Source of the DNA: an uncultured Muribaculaceae bacterium
Lineage (GTDB): Bacteria; Bacillota_I; Bacilli_A; RF39; UBA660
Reading direction: 5' to 3'
NCBI GenBank assembly: GCA_964402155.1
Contig: CAYOAY010000002.1
Coordinates: 1 to 56,662, forward strand
Length of the DNA: 56,662 nucleotides
This document shows positions 1-9,791 of this stretch, in pieces. Made by a program: the position numbers and the translations under genes. The stretch's first letter is position 1, and each line of letters opens with the position of its first letter. The notes below the pieces were generated by a model. That model saw nothing but the letters and a program-made list of their open reading frames with translations, was not told where the DNA came from and did not search any database.

Positions 1-27
1 ATTTAATATTTGTAAAGTAATAAAATG

Positions 28-56
28 TTGAAAAAAAATATAAGTTGTGATATAAT
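28..56 (+). promoter_or_regulatory. sigma-A-type promoter of the flavoprotein gene
   Basis: TTGAAA (28-33), 17-nt spacer, extended -10 TGaTATAAT (48-56). Confidence 0.55.
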
Positions 57-71
57 GAGATTAGGTTTTAG

Positions 72-1352
72 ATGGGAGTGATAAACTTGAAAAAGATAGT
101 AATAATTGGTGGCGGTACTTCAGGTTTGTTTTCTGGAATATATATAAAAAAATTTTGTCCTGACTGTGAAGTAACTATTGTTGAAAGATTAGAACGAATT
201 GGTAAAAAAATTCTTGCGACTGGTAATGGACGATGCAATTTTTCTAATATCCATGTTAATAATAAAAAATATAATAATACAAGTTTTGTTAACTCTACTT
301 TAAAAGAACTTGATTATAAACATTTAATAGAAGAATTAGAAGGATTAGGATTAATGACAGTAACAGATTCAGAAGGTAGAGCATATCCTTATTCAGAAAT
401 GGCTAATTCTTTTTTAGATGTTTTAAGAATTAATATAAAGAAACTTGGCGTTATCGAGAAATGTAATTTTGATGTTCATAAAATTACTAATATTGGAACG
501 GATAATGAACCTAAATTTGTAATTGAAGATACGAGAAAGCAACGTCTTCAAGCAGACTTTATTGTGCTTGCGACTGGTGGTAAGGCTTCTCCATTACTTG
601 GTTCAAATGGTAGTGGATATAGTTTAGTTAAACCATGGCATATTAAAGTTACTCATACTGAACCTGGGCTAGTTGGGGTTAAAGTTGATCCTCAAAGTAT
701 TAAAGGCCTTGCGGGGCTTAGGATTAGACCTAAAGTATCATTATGGGATAAAAAAGCAAAGCAAAAGGTTTGGGAAGAAAATGGAGAGGTATTATTTAAA
801 GAAGATGGAGTTAGTGGTATTGTTATCATGCAAATGGCATCTATTATAGCAAGAGGTGAAATAGTTAAAGCTTCTAATCATTATTCATTTGAATTTGATT
901 TAATGCCGAAATTTGATGAAGAAACTTTATTTTCAATGTTAGTTAAAAGACGTGAAATGATGGGTGAATGTGAAACAAGTGACTTTTTGAATGGTATATT
1001 TCCAAAAGTACTTGGCTTTAATTTAATTAAGAGAAGTAAGATTGACTTATCATCTCGTATTGAAAATATTACAATGAAAGATTTAATTAGATTAACTGAT
1101 ACAATTAAGTATTATACTTTAGATTATAAAGGTTTATATGGATTTGAACGTGCTCAAGTTACAGTTGGTGGAATTGAACTAAGTGAAATAAATAAACGTA
1201 CTTTAGAATTTGTAAGAATTCCTCAAATGTATTGTTGTGGTGAAGTCTTAGATGTTGATGGTGAATGTGGCGGATATAATATGCACTGGGCACTTGCTAG
1301 TGGATATGTTGTAGCTAAATCAATTAAAGAAAAGTGTGAAGCTAGTGAATAA
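72..1352 (+). CDS. NAD(P)/FAD-dependent oxidoreductase, HI0933/BaiN-like flavoprotein
   Basis: 426-aa ORF with Rossmann motif GGGTSGL, ATGNGRCN and C-terminal GGIELSE...CGEVLDVDGECGGYN, typical of the HI0933 family. SD GGGAG at 75-79 makes TTG 87 a plausible alternative start. Confidence 0.9.
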   Translation: MGVINLKKIVIIGGGTSGLFSGIYIKKFCPDCEVTIVERLERIGKKILATGNGRCNFSNIHVNNKKYNNTSFVNSTLKELDYKHLIEELEGLGLMTVTDSEGRAYPYSEMANSFLDVLRINIKKLGVIEKCNFDVHKITNIGTDNEPKFVIEDTRKQRLQADFIVLATGGKASPLLGSNGSGYSLVKPWHIKVTHTEPGLVGVKVDPQSIKGLAGLRIRPKVSLWDKKAKQKVWEENGEVLFKEDGVSGIVIMQMASIIARGEIVKASNHYSFEFDLMPKFDEETLFSMLVKRREMMGECETSDFLNGIFPKVLGFNLIKRSKIDLSSRIENITMKDLIRLTDTIKYYTLDYKGLYGFERAQVTVGGIELSEINKRTLEFVRIPQMYCCGEVLDVDGECGGYNMHWALASGYVVAKSIKEKCEASE

Positions 1353-1365
1353 TATAAATGATCAA

Positions 1366-2370
1366 ATGATAACTCTTTTTACAGATACTTTAGACGAAGC
1401 ATCAATGTTATATTATCATGCAATGATTAATGAAGATGTCGATAATACAGCCGTAACAAATTATAATTTAGAAAAGGGAAGACTAAATTATTATGAATGT
1501 TTATTAAAAGTAATTGATTATTTTCTTGGTAACTTAGATTTAGAAGATAGTTTGTTAGATGATTCAACTAAAGAAAAAATAACTTCTCTTTTTAATAAAT
1601 TAGATGAAGAAATTGAAAAAAATGGTTTAAATAATGAAGAAGTAAGAAAAGCTTTATTACTCCTTGATATTAAGGGATTTAAAAATTTAAACTTTTCTCT
1701 TGATTTAATTACTCCCGATAATATTGGTTTTATTATTGTAAAATTGATTGAAGTAATGTTTAAAGAAAATAATATTAAAATGTTAGATTGTAATTTTGGA
1801 ACTGGTAATCTAGCATTTACTATTGTTAATAATTCTACAAAAGATATTGAATTAATTGGTATGGATAATCACTATTTAATGGCAGATATTGCTGCACATA
1901 AAGCTAATTTACTTCAAGAAAATATTAATATTTATCATCAGGATGCTTTAGAATATATTATTCCTGAGGTTGATTTGGTAGTTAGTGATTTAGCGGTATA
2001 TGATTATGAAAATGACCAATATGATTCTTATTTGTATAAAGAAGGTGTTAGGTATTTTCCATATCTTGCGATAGAACATTATCTTTCATTAAGTGAGAAT
2101 ACAAAATATATATATATTATAGATAATAATTTCTTTTTTCAAAAAGGAAATGAAAAACTAAAAAAATTGATTGATGATAGTGCTACAATAAAAGCTTTTA
2201 TTACATTACCTTTAGATATGTTTCAAGATAAAAGTTTAGGGAAAGCATTATTAATATTAGAGAAGAAAAAAAGCATTGATAAGCATACTCCAATCTATAT
2301 GTTACCTTCACTTAAACATAAAGAGGCCTTCTTAAATACGATGGCAGAAATATTGAATACTTTAAAATAA
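1366..2370 (+). CDS. class I SAM-dependent methyltransferase, YtxK-like
   Basis: Motif I-like LDCNFGTGNLA and a degenerate motif IV, VVSDLAVYDY. Architecture resembles Bacillus YtxK. The ORF track starts at GTG 1336, overlapping the upstream gene; ATG 1366 is preferred, but the start is uncertain. Confidence 0.7.
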   Translation: MITLFTDTLDEASMLYYHAMINEDVDNTAVTNYNLEKGRLNYYECLLKVIDYFLGNLDLEDSLLDDSTKEKITSLFNKLDEEIEKNGLNNEEVRKALLLLDIKGFKNLNFSLDLITPDNIGFIIVKLIEVMFKENNIKMLDCNFGTGNLAFTIVNNSTKDIELIGMDNHYLMADIAAHKANLLQENINIYHQDALEYIIPEVDLVVSDLAVYDYENDQYDSYLYKEGVRYFPYLAIEHYLSLSENTKYIYIIDNNFFFQKGNEKLKKLIDDSATIKAFITLPLDMFQDKSLGKALLILEKKKSIDKHTPIYMLPSLKHKEAFLNTMAEILNTLK

Positions 2371-2412
2371 ATGGTTTAATGGTTTATTTAGAACTAATTA
2401 AACCATTTTTTT
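2371..2412 (+). terminator. rho-independent terminator
   Basis: Stem ATGGTTTAAT (2371-2380) / ATTAAACCAT (2397-2406) followed by TTTTTT. Confidence 0.7.
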
Positions 2413-2469
2413 GGTTTTAAAAAATGGAATATTCAAAAAAATATCGTATTATTTAGTTGAGGTGATAAA

Positions 2470-4407
2470 GTGAAGAAATTAAAAATAGTTTTATTTATAA
2501 TGCTTCTAGGAATGCTTCTTATTAAAGGAGCTCCGAGTGCGAAAGGAATATCAAATGTAGGTAAGACGTTGATTCTTTTTAAAGGAGATAAAGATGTCAA
2601 TCTTGAGTATGATAATTATCGTTTAGTATCAACTAATTTAGATATGGATAAAACTGGAGAATATTTGAATATTTATAAACATAAAGAAACTGGGGATATC
2701 GTTAATAAAACGATATATGTTGTTGATAAAAATAATATTGGTAATGATACAACTGAATTAATAAAAAAAGAAAAAGTTATATCAAGCAACTTAAGTATTT
2801 CTTATGTTACTAAGGGACTAGTAGAAAATAGTTATTTTTATGTTAGTTCTATTCCCCATAAAAATTCTAGTATTGATGGTGAAGATACTTTCTTAACTTA
2901 TACTTTAGACGGAAAGATAATATGGGAAACATTACTCCTAGAAGATAGATTAGTATATGTAAAAGATATTATTATTGATAAAGATCGAATTGTTGTTGTT
3001 AGTGAAGCCTACTTTGTTCCTAGTTTAATGGATATATATATTGATACTTTTGACTTTAGTGGAAAAAGAATAAATATTGAATTTTATAGTGGCACGCTAA
3101 TTGATAATTTGGGTAAGTTTATTGTAAGCGATGATGCTTACTATATTGTTGGAACAACGGAATCAGTAAAAGGCACTATTGGTGGGGCTAGAGATAGCAA
3201 AGATATGTATTTATTAATGGTTGAAAGAGCGTCGCTTAAATTAATAGATGCTAAATATTATAATTTACCTGGAAATGATGAATGTGTTGGGGCTGTTAAA
3301 ATAGATGAATATTTATATTTATTTCAAAAATATAAATCAAATATAGAGGAAATTAAAGTAATTAAAACAGACTTAAAAGGAGAAATTATAAAAGAAAAAG
3401 TAGTATCATATGGAAAGACTGTAACTAGTTTTCTAGTTGATGTTTATGAAGAAAATATATATATGATAGTAAAAGAAAGCATTACAAAAGATAAAACCAG
3501 TTTAAAGATAATAGATGAGGATTTAAATATAAATAGTACTGAATTAGAAATTGATTCATCTAGTTTTCTTATAAAAGCATATATTCAAAATAATAATTTA
3601 AATTTATTTTATGATACAAGTATCAATAATAAAGGAATTATTAAAATAATGGACTTAGAGAAAAATCAATATATAATAGATTGTAATGTAAACTATAATT
3701 TAAGTTTGTTAAGATATAATGGTAATACTTTATTTGAGATAAAAGATACTAGTTCTTATAAAATAGATATATCTTTTTTACAAATTGAAAAGTTTAATAA
3801 TTTAGTAATTGATAACCAAAATAAATCAGTTGTAGATGGTAAAATTTTTATTAATGGTAATGAAACACTATTAAATAATGATTTATCAAGTATAGAGTAT
3901 GATGAAAGCTATTTTGGAAATTATCCCGTTTTTTACTATTATGAAGGAAAAGAGGCAGATCTATGTTACAGTGCAATCGTTCAAGTTCTTCCTAGTCCAA
4001 GTATTATATCTAATAGTGTTCATGATACTAATTTAAAATTAACATTTAATGGTGAAGGGTTTTTAAATAATAAGCCAATTGATTCTGGTTATGTAATTAC
4101 TGAAGAAGGAAAGTACCATCTTGTAATTATTGGTAAGAACTCATCAAAAGCAGAATATAGTTTTGAAGTTAAAAAACAAAGTTTTGAAGTTCCTAATATA
4201 ATTAAAAATGAAGATATAAATGCAAATGATATCTTTAATAATATAAGACAAGACAAAATCATAGAAGAAGAACTTTTAACTGTTGATTTTGACAATCAAA
4301 AAGAAGAAAAATCAACAACGGTAAAAACAATATGGTGGCCATTATTCATTCCTGTTTCCATAACTTCAATCGCAATTATCCTATTTATGAAAGGAGCATT
4401 AGTATGA
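2470..4407 (+). CDS. membrane-anchored extracellular protein with beta-propeller (SBBP-like) repeats, unknown function
   Basis: GTG start behind SD GAGGTGA. Signal peptide MKKLKIVLFIMLLGMLLIKGAPSAKG and C-terminal TM WWPLFIPVSITSIAIILFM. Contains the repeat signature YYIVGTTESVKGTIGGARDSKDMYLLMVE and an Ig-like module F-x-G-x-G-F-LN-x-K...G-x-Y-x-L-V-I. Confidence 0.8.
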   Translation: MKKLKIVLFIMLLGMLLIKGAPSAKGISNVGKTLILFKGDKDVNLEYDNYRLVSTNLDMDKTGEYLNIYKHKETGDIVNKTIYVVDKNNIGNDTTELIKKEKVISSNLSISYVTKGLVENSYFYVSSIPHKNSSIDGEDTFLTYTLDGKIIWETLLLEDRLVYVKDIIIDKDRIVVVSEAYFVPSLMDIYIDTFDFSGKRINIEFYSGTLIDNLGKFIVSDDAYYIVGTTESVKGTIGGARDSKDMYLLMVERASLKLIDAKYYNLPGNDECVGAVKIDEYLYLFQKYKSNIEEIKVIKTDLKGEIIKEKVVSYGKTVTSFLVDVYEENIYMIVKESITKDKTSLKIIDEDLNINSTELEIDSSSFLIKAYIQNNNLNLFYDTSINNKGIIKIMDLEKNQYIIDCNVNYNLSLLRYNGNTLFEIKDTSSYKIDISFLQIEKFNNLVIDNQNKSVVDGKIFINGNETLLNNDLSSIEYDESYFGNYPVFYYYEGKEADLCYSAIVQVLPSPSIISNSVHDTNLKLTFNGEGFLNNKPIDSGYVITEEGKYHLVIIGKNSSKAEYSFEVKKQSFEVPNIIKNEDINANDIFNNIRQDKIIEEELLTVDFDNQKEEKSTTVKTIWWPLFIPVSITSIAIILFMKGALV

Positions 4408-6626
4408 GGCTTAGAATTAAATTTGTCTCTATTATATTTATTACTTTAATTATAGGTTTATTAGGTAGTATATTAATAAAAGCAGAATCAGTTATTGAAG
4501 AAGATAATACATTAATAGATAGTGAGCGTGTAGAACAAGCTATATATTATAATTCAAATCATATTATAGTAAAAAATAATAAAATATATATTGGTAGTCT
4601 AGTAATACCTGGGATAATTAAAGATTATATTATTCAAGATAAGTATGCATATTTAATTGTTATAAGTGATAAGAATTATTTATATTTATTAGATAATAAT
4701 GAAATTAAAAAACAAGTTGAAATAACAATTACAAATCCGGAAACGTTATGTATATATAATAAGGAAGTTCTAGTTGGTGGAGAAAATAATTTACAAATGA
4801 CTCTTGTCAGATATAATAGTAAATTAGAAGTAGTAAAGACCATAAATTATCATTCACTTGGATTTACGAAATGTGTAAAAATGCTTGTGCTTGATAATTA
4901 CTTATATGTTGCGGGGGAAAAAGATGCAATATTTGATAGTGAGATTTTTAAAAATGTTGGTAATAAAGGTGAAATTAAAAGTTTTATTTTTAAATTAGAT
5001 AGTAATTTTACATTAGTTAAAGATGGTTATTTTAATGAATTATCTCCTAATGAGAAAATTATAGATATGTTTATTTTCAATAATTCAATTGGAGTAATTT
5101 TAAAAGGATTTAATAAATATCAGTATCTATTGGATATTGGATTAAATGTGATTGACCGATTTGAAATTGATTCAAATGCTTTATATATATCAACTGCTAA
5201 AACAGTAAAAAGTGCATATCTATATATCAAACAACTTGCTGAAGTAATATGTGTTGAAGCATGCAATAATACTATATCCGATTCAATAATATCATTTGAA
5301 GGTGAATATGTTAATCATTGTTATGTGGATGGTGAATTATATATATATTATACAGTTAATAATGATACATATTTGAAAACTATTAATGAATATCATATTG
5401 ATTATATCAATAATTTATATGGTGATTATTTTAATGTAAATGAAAATGATAGATCACATTTTAAAGTAGAATCTTATTTAGAAGATTTAAACTTTGAATT
5501 ATCTAGTATTACTCCATATTTTGTCAAAAATCAAAGTGGAAAATATGTAATTACTTATATTGCAAATCGTCTAAATAGTGATGATGTTATGATTCAAACA
5601 CCAATGATTATAGATGAATATGTTAATGTATTAGATGAATTTATATACCCTAAAGGATATCAATTATTTTTCTTTGGTAGTGCAACATTGAACGGGAAAA
5701 AGGTAAATAATGGATGTACTTTAACTGATACTGGGGTTAATAATTTAGTTATTACAAATATCAACAATGAACAATTTTCATATCAATTTATGGTAGTTGA
5801 TAATTACTATAAAACAAATTATATTCCCAATATAAAAGCAGATATTTCGGCATCTCAAAATGAAACAATCTACATACCTTTATCAAAAAAAGAAGTTAAA
5901 AGTGTGGTAGTAAATGATGCTTTAATAGGAAATATTCAAAAAGTAAATAATGAATATACACTATGTTTAAACTATAATTTAAACCAAGAACTACTAAAAG
6001 TAGGGATCCAAGAATTAAAGATTAGTAAGATAATATATAGTGATAATACAGAAGCATTAGTTAATTTACGTTTAATTGTTAATATTAAAAAACAAGAACC
6101 TACAATTCATGTTTTAGAAAGTAAAGAGGATAATCATTTAAATTTAGTTTTAGATATTGTTGATAAAGACCAAAGTATTGTTGACTTAGTATTTGAAACT
6201 TATCAAAATAATAAACTAATAAATTCAACAAGTACATTTATCCAAAATACATCTTCCAAAATAAATGACATCTTACTAAATGAAGAATTTGAAGTATATA
6301 TTAATCTTATTACGGAAAATAAGACTTATCAAATATTATATTACAAAGGAAAAATAACAAAAGATAAACCAATTAATTACAATGTAACATTTGCCTTTGA
6401 TAATAATTCTTTAAAAATGATTAATATTGATATAGATTTAGATAATAGTAATATTTTACATCAAATATTAAAACTAGGTAATGAATCCCTAAATTTAAAT
6501 ACTAAATACCAAGTGAAAAGAAATAATACTATTACTTATATATCGGTAATTAGTTCAATCATTATTATTGGTGGATTAATTATTTTAGTTATTAGAAAAA
6601 AAAGGAGGAAAAAAAGTAATATTTAA
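4404..6626 (+). CDS. membrane-anchored extracellular protein, paralog-like partner of the upstream gene
   Basis: ATG 4404 follows SD AAAGGAG (4390-4396) and overlaps the upstream stop as ATGA. The ORF-track start 4332 lies inside the upstream gene. N-terminal TM/signal MRLRIKFVSIIFITLIIGLLGS; C-terminal TM plus basic tail IIIIGGLIILVIRKKRRKK. Motifs YVAGEKDA...GEIKSFIFKLDSNF and FFGSATLNGKKV. Confidence 0.8.
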   Translation: MRLRIKFVSIIFITLIIGLLGSILIKAESVIEEDNTLIDSERVEQAIYYNSNHIIVKNNKIYIGSLVIPGIIKDYIIQDKYAYLIVISDKNYLYLLDNNEIKKQVEITITNPETLCIYNKEVLVGGENNLQMTLVRYNSKLEVVKTINYHSLGFTKCVKMLVLDNYLYVAGEKDAIFDSEIFKNVGNKGEIKSFIFKLDSNFTLVKDGYFNELSPNEKIIDMFIFNNSIGVILKGFNKYQYLLDIGLNVIDRFEIDSNALYISTAKTVKSAYLYIKQLAEVICVEACNNTISDSIISFEGEYVNHCYVDGELYIYYTVNNDTYLKTINEYHIDYINNLYGDYFNVNENDRSHFKVESYLEDLNFELSSITPYFVKNQSGKYVITYIANRLNSDDVMIQTPMIIDEYVNVLDEFIYPKGYQLFFFGSATLNGKKVNNGCTLTDTGVNNLVITNINNEQFSYQFMVVDNYYKTNYIPNIKADISASQNETIYIPLSKKEVKSVVVNDALIGNIQKVNNEYTLCLNYNLNQELLKVGIQELKISKIIYSDNTEALVNLRLIVNIKKQEPTIHVLESKEDNHLNLVLDIVDKDQSIVDLVFETYQNNKLINSTSTFIQNTSSKINDILLNEEFEVYINLITENKTYQILYYKGKITKDKPINYNVTFAFDNNSLKMINIDIDLDNSNILHQILKLGNESLNLNTKYQVKRNNTITYISVISSIIIIGGLIILVIRKKRRKKSNI

Positions 6627-6634
6627 AAATAAGC

Positions 6635-6660
6635 CAGGTTCTTAAGAACCTGTTTTTCTT
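6635..6660 (+). terminator. rho-independent terminator
   Basis: CAGGTTC-TTAA-GAACCTG hairpin followed by TTTTT. Confidence 0.75.
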
Positions 6661-6689
6661 TTATGAAGCTAAATTTATAGTTATCTTAA

Positions 6690-6718
6690 TTGTAAATTTT
6701 AATAATTTGTGTTATACT
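6690..6718 (+). promoter_or_regulatory. sigma-A-type promoter of dnaE
   Basis: TTGTAA (6690-6695), 17-nt spacer, extended -10 TGtTATACT (6710-6718). This places the ORF-track start 6707 inside the promoter. Confidence 0.55.
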
Positions 6719-6739
6719 AAGAAAGAAAGAAGGGATAAC

Positions 6740-9700
6740 ATGAGTTTTGTTAATCTATATTTAAAAACTGAATATTCAATGTTACAAAGTTCATGTCGAT
6801 TAGACCGTACCTTTGATACTCTTGTTAAATATGACTATCATTCTGCCGCAATGACAGATGATGGAAATATGTATGGAACAATTAAATTTTATAAAAAAGC
6901 CCTTGAAAAAAATATTAAACCTATTATTGGTTTAAGGTTAAAATATGAGTATAATGGTTCACAAAGTACAATTTTATTATATGCAATGAATAATTTTGGA
7001 TATCGTAATTTAATGTGTTTGTCTTCATATTATATGATTCATAATAAACATATTGAACTAACCGAAATCTTTAATCATAGTATTGGATTATTGGCCATTA
7101 TTCCTTTTCCTGAAAGCATACTATATAACTATTATCGTAATCATAATTTAGAATTACTATTTAAACATATTGAAACATTATCTTTAGGATTTGATCAACT
7201 TTATATTGGGTTATTTAGACAAACAAAAGATGATTTAAATATTTTTGAAGATTGTTATCATTTATTTAAATCTCATAATTGTAAGATGGTTGCTTTATCT
7301 AAAGTTAGTTACATTGATGAAGAAGATGTGGAAGTATATAAAGTATTAAAAGCAATTAATAATGGCGGTACTTTGTCTAAGTTAACAGAAAGACAACAAA
7401 AAGAATGGCTATTAAAAAAAGAAGAAATTAATGTTATATTTAATGGTTATGAAGATTTAATAAATGCGGCTCAAGAAATAAGTGATAAATGTAATATTCA
7501 TATTGACTTTGGTAAATACCATTTACCTAAATATAGTGAACAATATAACGCTGATAATTATTTAAAAGAATTAAGTTATAAAGGACTTCAAAAAAGATTA
7601 AAACAAAATCAAATTAATAGTTCTAGTAAATATTATGAACGCATAGATTATGAATTAGATACTATTAAAACAATGGGGTTTAGTGATTATTTTTTAATTG
7701 TGTGGGATTTTATTAAATATGCGAAAGGGAATGGCATTTATGTAGGCCCAGGTAGAGGTTCTGCCCCTGCCTCACTAGTTAGTTATTCACTAGGTATTAC
7801 TGATATTGACCCAATTAAATATAATTTATTATTTGAAAGATTTTTAAATAAAGAAAGAATATCAATGCCCGATATTGATACTGACTTTCCAGATGATAAA
7901 CGTGATGAAGTAATAAAGTATGTTGGAAAAAAATATGGCTCTAATCGGGTAGCTCATATTGTTACTTTTGGAACATTTAAAGCAAAGCTTGCCTTAAGAG
8001 ATACCTCAAGAGTATATAAACTAAATGAAGTTAGATTAAATGAAGTACTAAAATGTTTAAACAATTTATCTACTAAAGAACTATATTCCTCAAGTTTAGA
8101 AGAAATAATTCAAAAAGATTCTTCCTTAAAACAATTAATGGAGGATTATGAAGATATTAATCAAGTATTAACCGTTGCATCTAAAATCGAAGGATTACCT
8201 AGAAATACCTCAACACACGCTGCTGGCATTATAATTACTAATCATGATTTAGTTAACTATACACCTTTAGTTAATGGTCTTGATGATATATATCAAACCC
8301 AGTATGAAGCAGTAGACCTTGAGGCTCTTGGTTTACTTAAAATGGACTTTTTAGGATTGCGTAATTTAACTAATATTGAGGGATGTTTAAAATTAATGAA
8401 TAAAATGGGAATTGATTTTACTTTTCCTAAAGAAATGAATGATGAACAAACATTTAAAATGTTATCGAGTGGTAATGTAAGTGGTGTATTTCAACTTGAA
8501 TCGGCTGGTATGAGAAAAGTCCTAATGGACTTAAAGACGAGTTCATTTGAGGATATTGCGAGTGCTCTTGCTTTATACCGCCCAGGTCCAATGGATATGA
8601 TACCTCATTTTGTTAATCGAAAATTAGGACTTGAAAAAATAGAATACCCACATCAAGATTTAGAAGGTATTTTAAAAGAAACATATGGAACTATTGTATA
8701 TCAAGATCAAATAATGCTAATTGCGAGAAAATTTGCGGGGTACAGTTTAGGTAGAGCTGATATTTTAAGAAGAGCGGTTTCTAAGAAAAAGAAAGAAGTT
8801 TTAGAAAAAGAAAGAACAAACTTTGTTTTATCTAGTATTAATCAAGGATATAGTAAAGAAACAGCTGAAACTATATATGACTATATTGTTAAATTTGCTT
8901 CTTATGGATTTAATAAAGCGCATTCTTTTGCTTATGCTAAGGTATCTTATCAAACAGCATATTTAAAATGTCATTATTTACCATTTTATCTTGCAACTTT
9001 AATGACTAGTGTTATTGGTAGCGACACCGATATTAGATTATATTATCAAGAGGCATTAAAAAATAAAATAGCAATGGTTAGTCCAGATATTAATATTAGT
9101 ACTGATGAGTTTATTACTGATGGAAAACAAATAATTTGTCCACTAAGTTTAATTAAAGGAATAGGTAATGTTAAAGTAAATGAATTGTTAAATGAACGTG
9201 CTAAGGGTAAGTTTACTAGTTTTGATGATTTTGTTAAAAGGACTGTTAATATATTAAATGGTTCACTAATTGAAAATGTAATATATAGTGGTGCCCTTGA
9301 TAATTTTAAAATTACTAAAAAGGCTATGATTGATAATTATCAGATAATAATTGATAGGATGAATTATGATTTTGTTACTAATTATGTTGATAATAATTAT
9401 GATACTGATGAATTTACATATGGTGAATTACTTGAAAGAGAAAAGAACATGATTGGTCTTAATATTAAATATAATTTTTTAAATCAATACCAAGATTATT
9501 ATGTTCAATATGGTTTACTTCATATTAGTAATATTAAAGAAAATATGAATGTTAGAACATTAGGTTATATTAATTCAATAAAAAGGATATTAACTAAAAA
9601 CAATGAGGAGATGGCTTTTGTCGAATTATCAGATGATGTTAATACGATTGAACTTACATTATTCCCTAATACTTTTAGTAAATATCGTGACTTGAAAAAT

Positions 9701-9781
9701 GGTCAACTAATAATAGTTAATGGATATACACAAAAAAGAAAAGAGATACAAATAATAGTTAATGATATCAAAAATATATAG
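6740..9781 (+). CDS. dnaE: DNA polymerase III alpha subunit (DnaE type)
   Basis: N-terminal PHP domain (FVNLYLKTEYSML), GPGRGSAPASLVSYSLGITDIDP, MPDIDTDF, LKMDFLGLRNL and a C-terminal OB region. ATG 6740 lies behind a purine-rich SD. Confidence 0.95.
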   Translation: MSFVNLYLKTEYSMLQSSCRLDRTFDTLVKYDYHSAAMTDDGNMYGTIKFYKKALEKNIKPIIGLRLKYEYNGSQSTILLYAMNNFGYRNLMCLSSYYMIHNKHIELTEIFNHSIGLLAIIPFPESILYNYYRNHNLELLFKHIETLSLGFDQLYIGLFRQTKDDLNIFEDCYHLFKSHNCKMVALSKVSYIDEEDVEVYKVLKAINNGGTLSKLTERQQKEWLLKKEEINVIFNGYEDLINAAQEISDKCNIHIDFGKYHLPKYSEQYNADNYLKELSYKGLQKRLKQNQINSSSKYYERIDYELDTIKTMGFSDYFLIVWDFIKYAKGNGIYVGPGRGSAPASLVSYSLGITDIDPIKYNLLFERFLNKERISMPDIDTDFPDDKRDEVIKYVGKKYGSNRVAHIVTFGTFKAKLALRDTSRVYKLNEVRLNEVLKCLNNLSTKELYSSSLEEIIQKDSSLKQLMEDYEDINQVLTVASKIEGLPRNTSTHAAGIIITNHDLVNYTPLVNGLDDIYQTQYEAVDLEALGLLKMDFLGLRNLTNIEGCLKLMNKMGIDFTFPKEMNDEQTFKMLSSGNVSGVFQLESAGMRKVLMDLKTSSFEDIASALALYRPGPMDMIPHFVNRKLGLEKIEYPHQDLEGILKETYGTIVYQDQIMLIARKFAGYSLGRADILRRAVSKKKKEVLEKERTNFVLSSINQGYSKETAETIYDYIVKFASYGFNKAHSFAYAKVSYQTAYLKCHYLPFYLATLMTSVIGSDTDIRLYYQEALKNKIAMVSPDINISTDEFITDGKQIICPLSLIKGIGNVKVNELLNERAKGKFTSFDDFVKRTVNILNGSLIENVIYSGALDNFKITKKAMIDNYQIIIDRMNYDFVTNYVDNNYDTDEFTYGELLEREKNMIGLNIKYNFLNQYQDYYVQYGLLHISNIKENMNVRTLGYINSIKRILTKNNEEMAFVELSDDVNTIELTLFPNTFSKYRDLKNGQLIIVNGYTQKRKEIQIIVNDIKNI

Positions 9782-9791
9782 GAGGGAAATA

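Noticed and set aside
4089-4295. Short ORFs from the track lying inside or antisense to longer genes: 4089-4295, 9829-10041, 9923-10180, 11870-12055, 12391-12633, 12721-13014, 21943-22140, 22157-22375, 25502-25690, 26804-27124, 28326-28712, 36639-36863, 37387-37674, 38296-38520, 39160-39396, 41680-41865, 43612-43800, 43891-44109, 47515-47697, 47535-47774, 47684-47893, 52251-52436 and 55854-56039.
   Set aside because: Each is fully embedded in, or overlaps, a long ORF with strong family motifs. They have low-complexity translations, no SD and no recognisable motifs. These are shadow ORFs.
4332-4403. N-terminal extensions proposed by the ORF track (4332, 6707, 9762, 10639, 12353, 21819, 24877, 28246, 29013, 30665, 31449, 32141, 34424, 40371, 45733, 49291, 55585).
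   Set aside because: In each case an internal ATG has a proper SD at 6-10 nt and yields the conserved family N-terminus. The extensions overlap upstream genes, promoters or terminator hairpins (for example 31449 inside the sigG terminator and 6707 inside the dnaE promoter).
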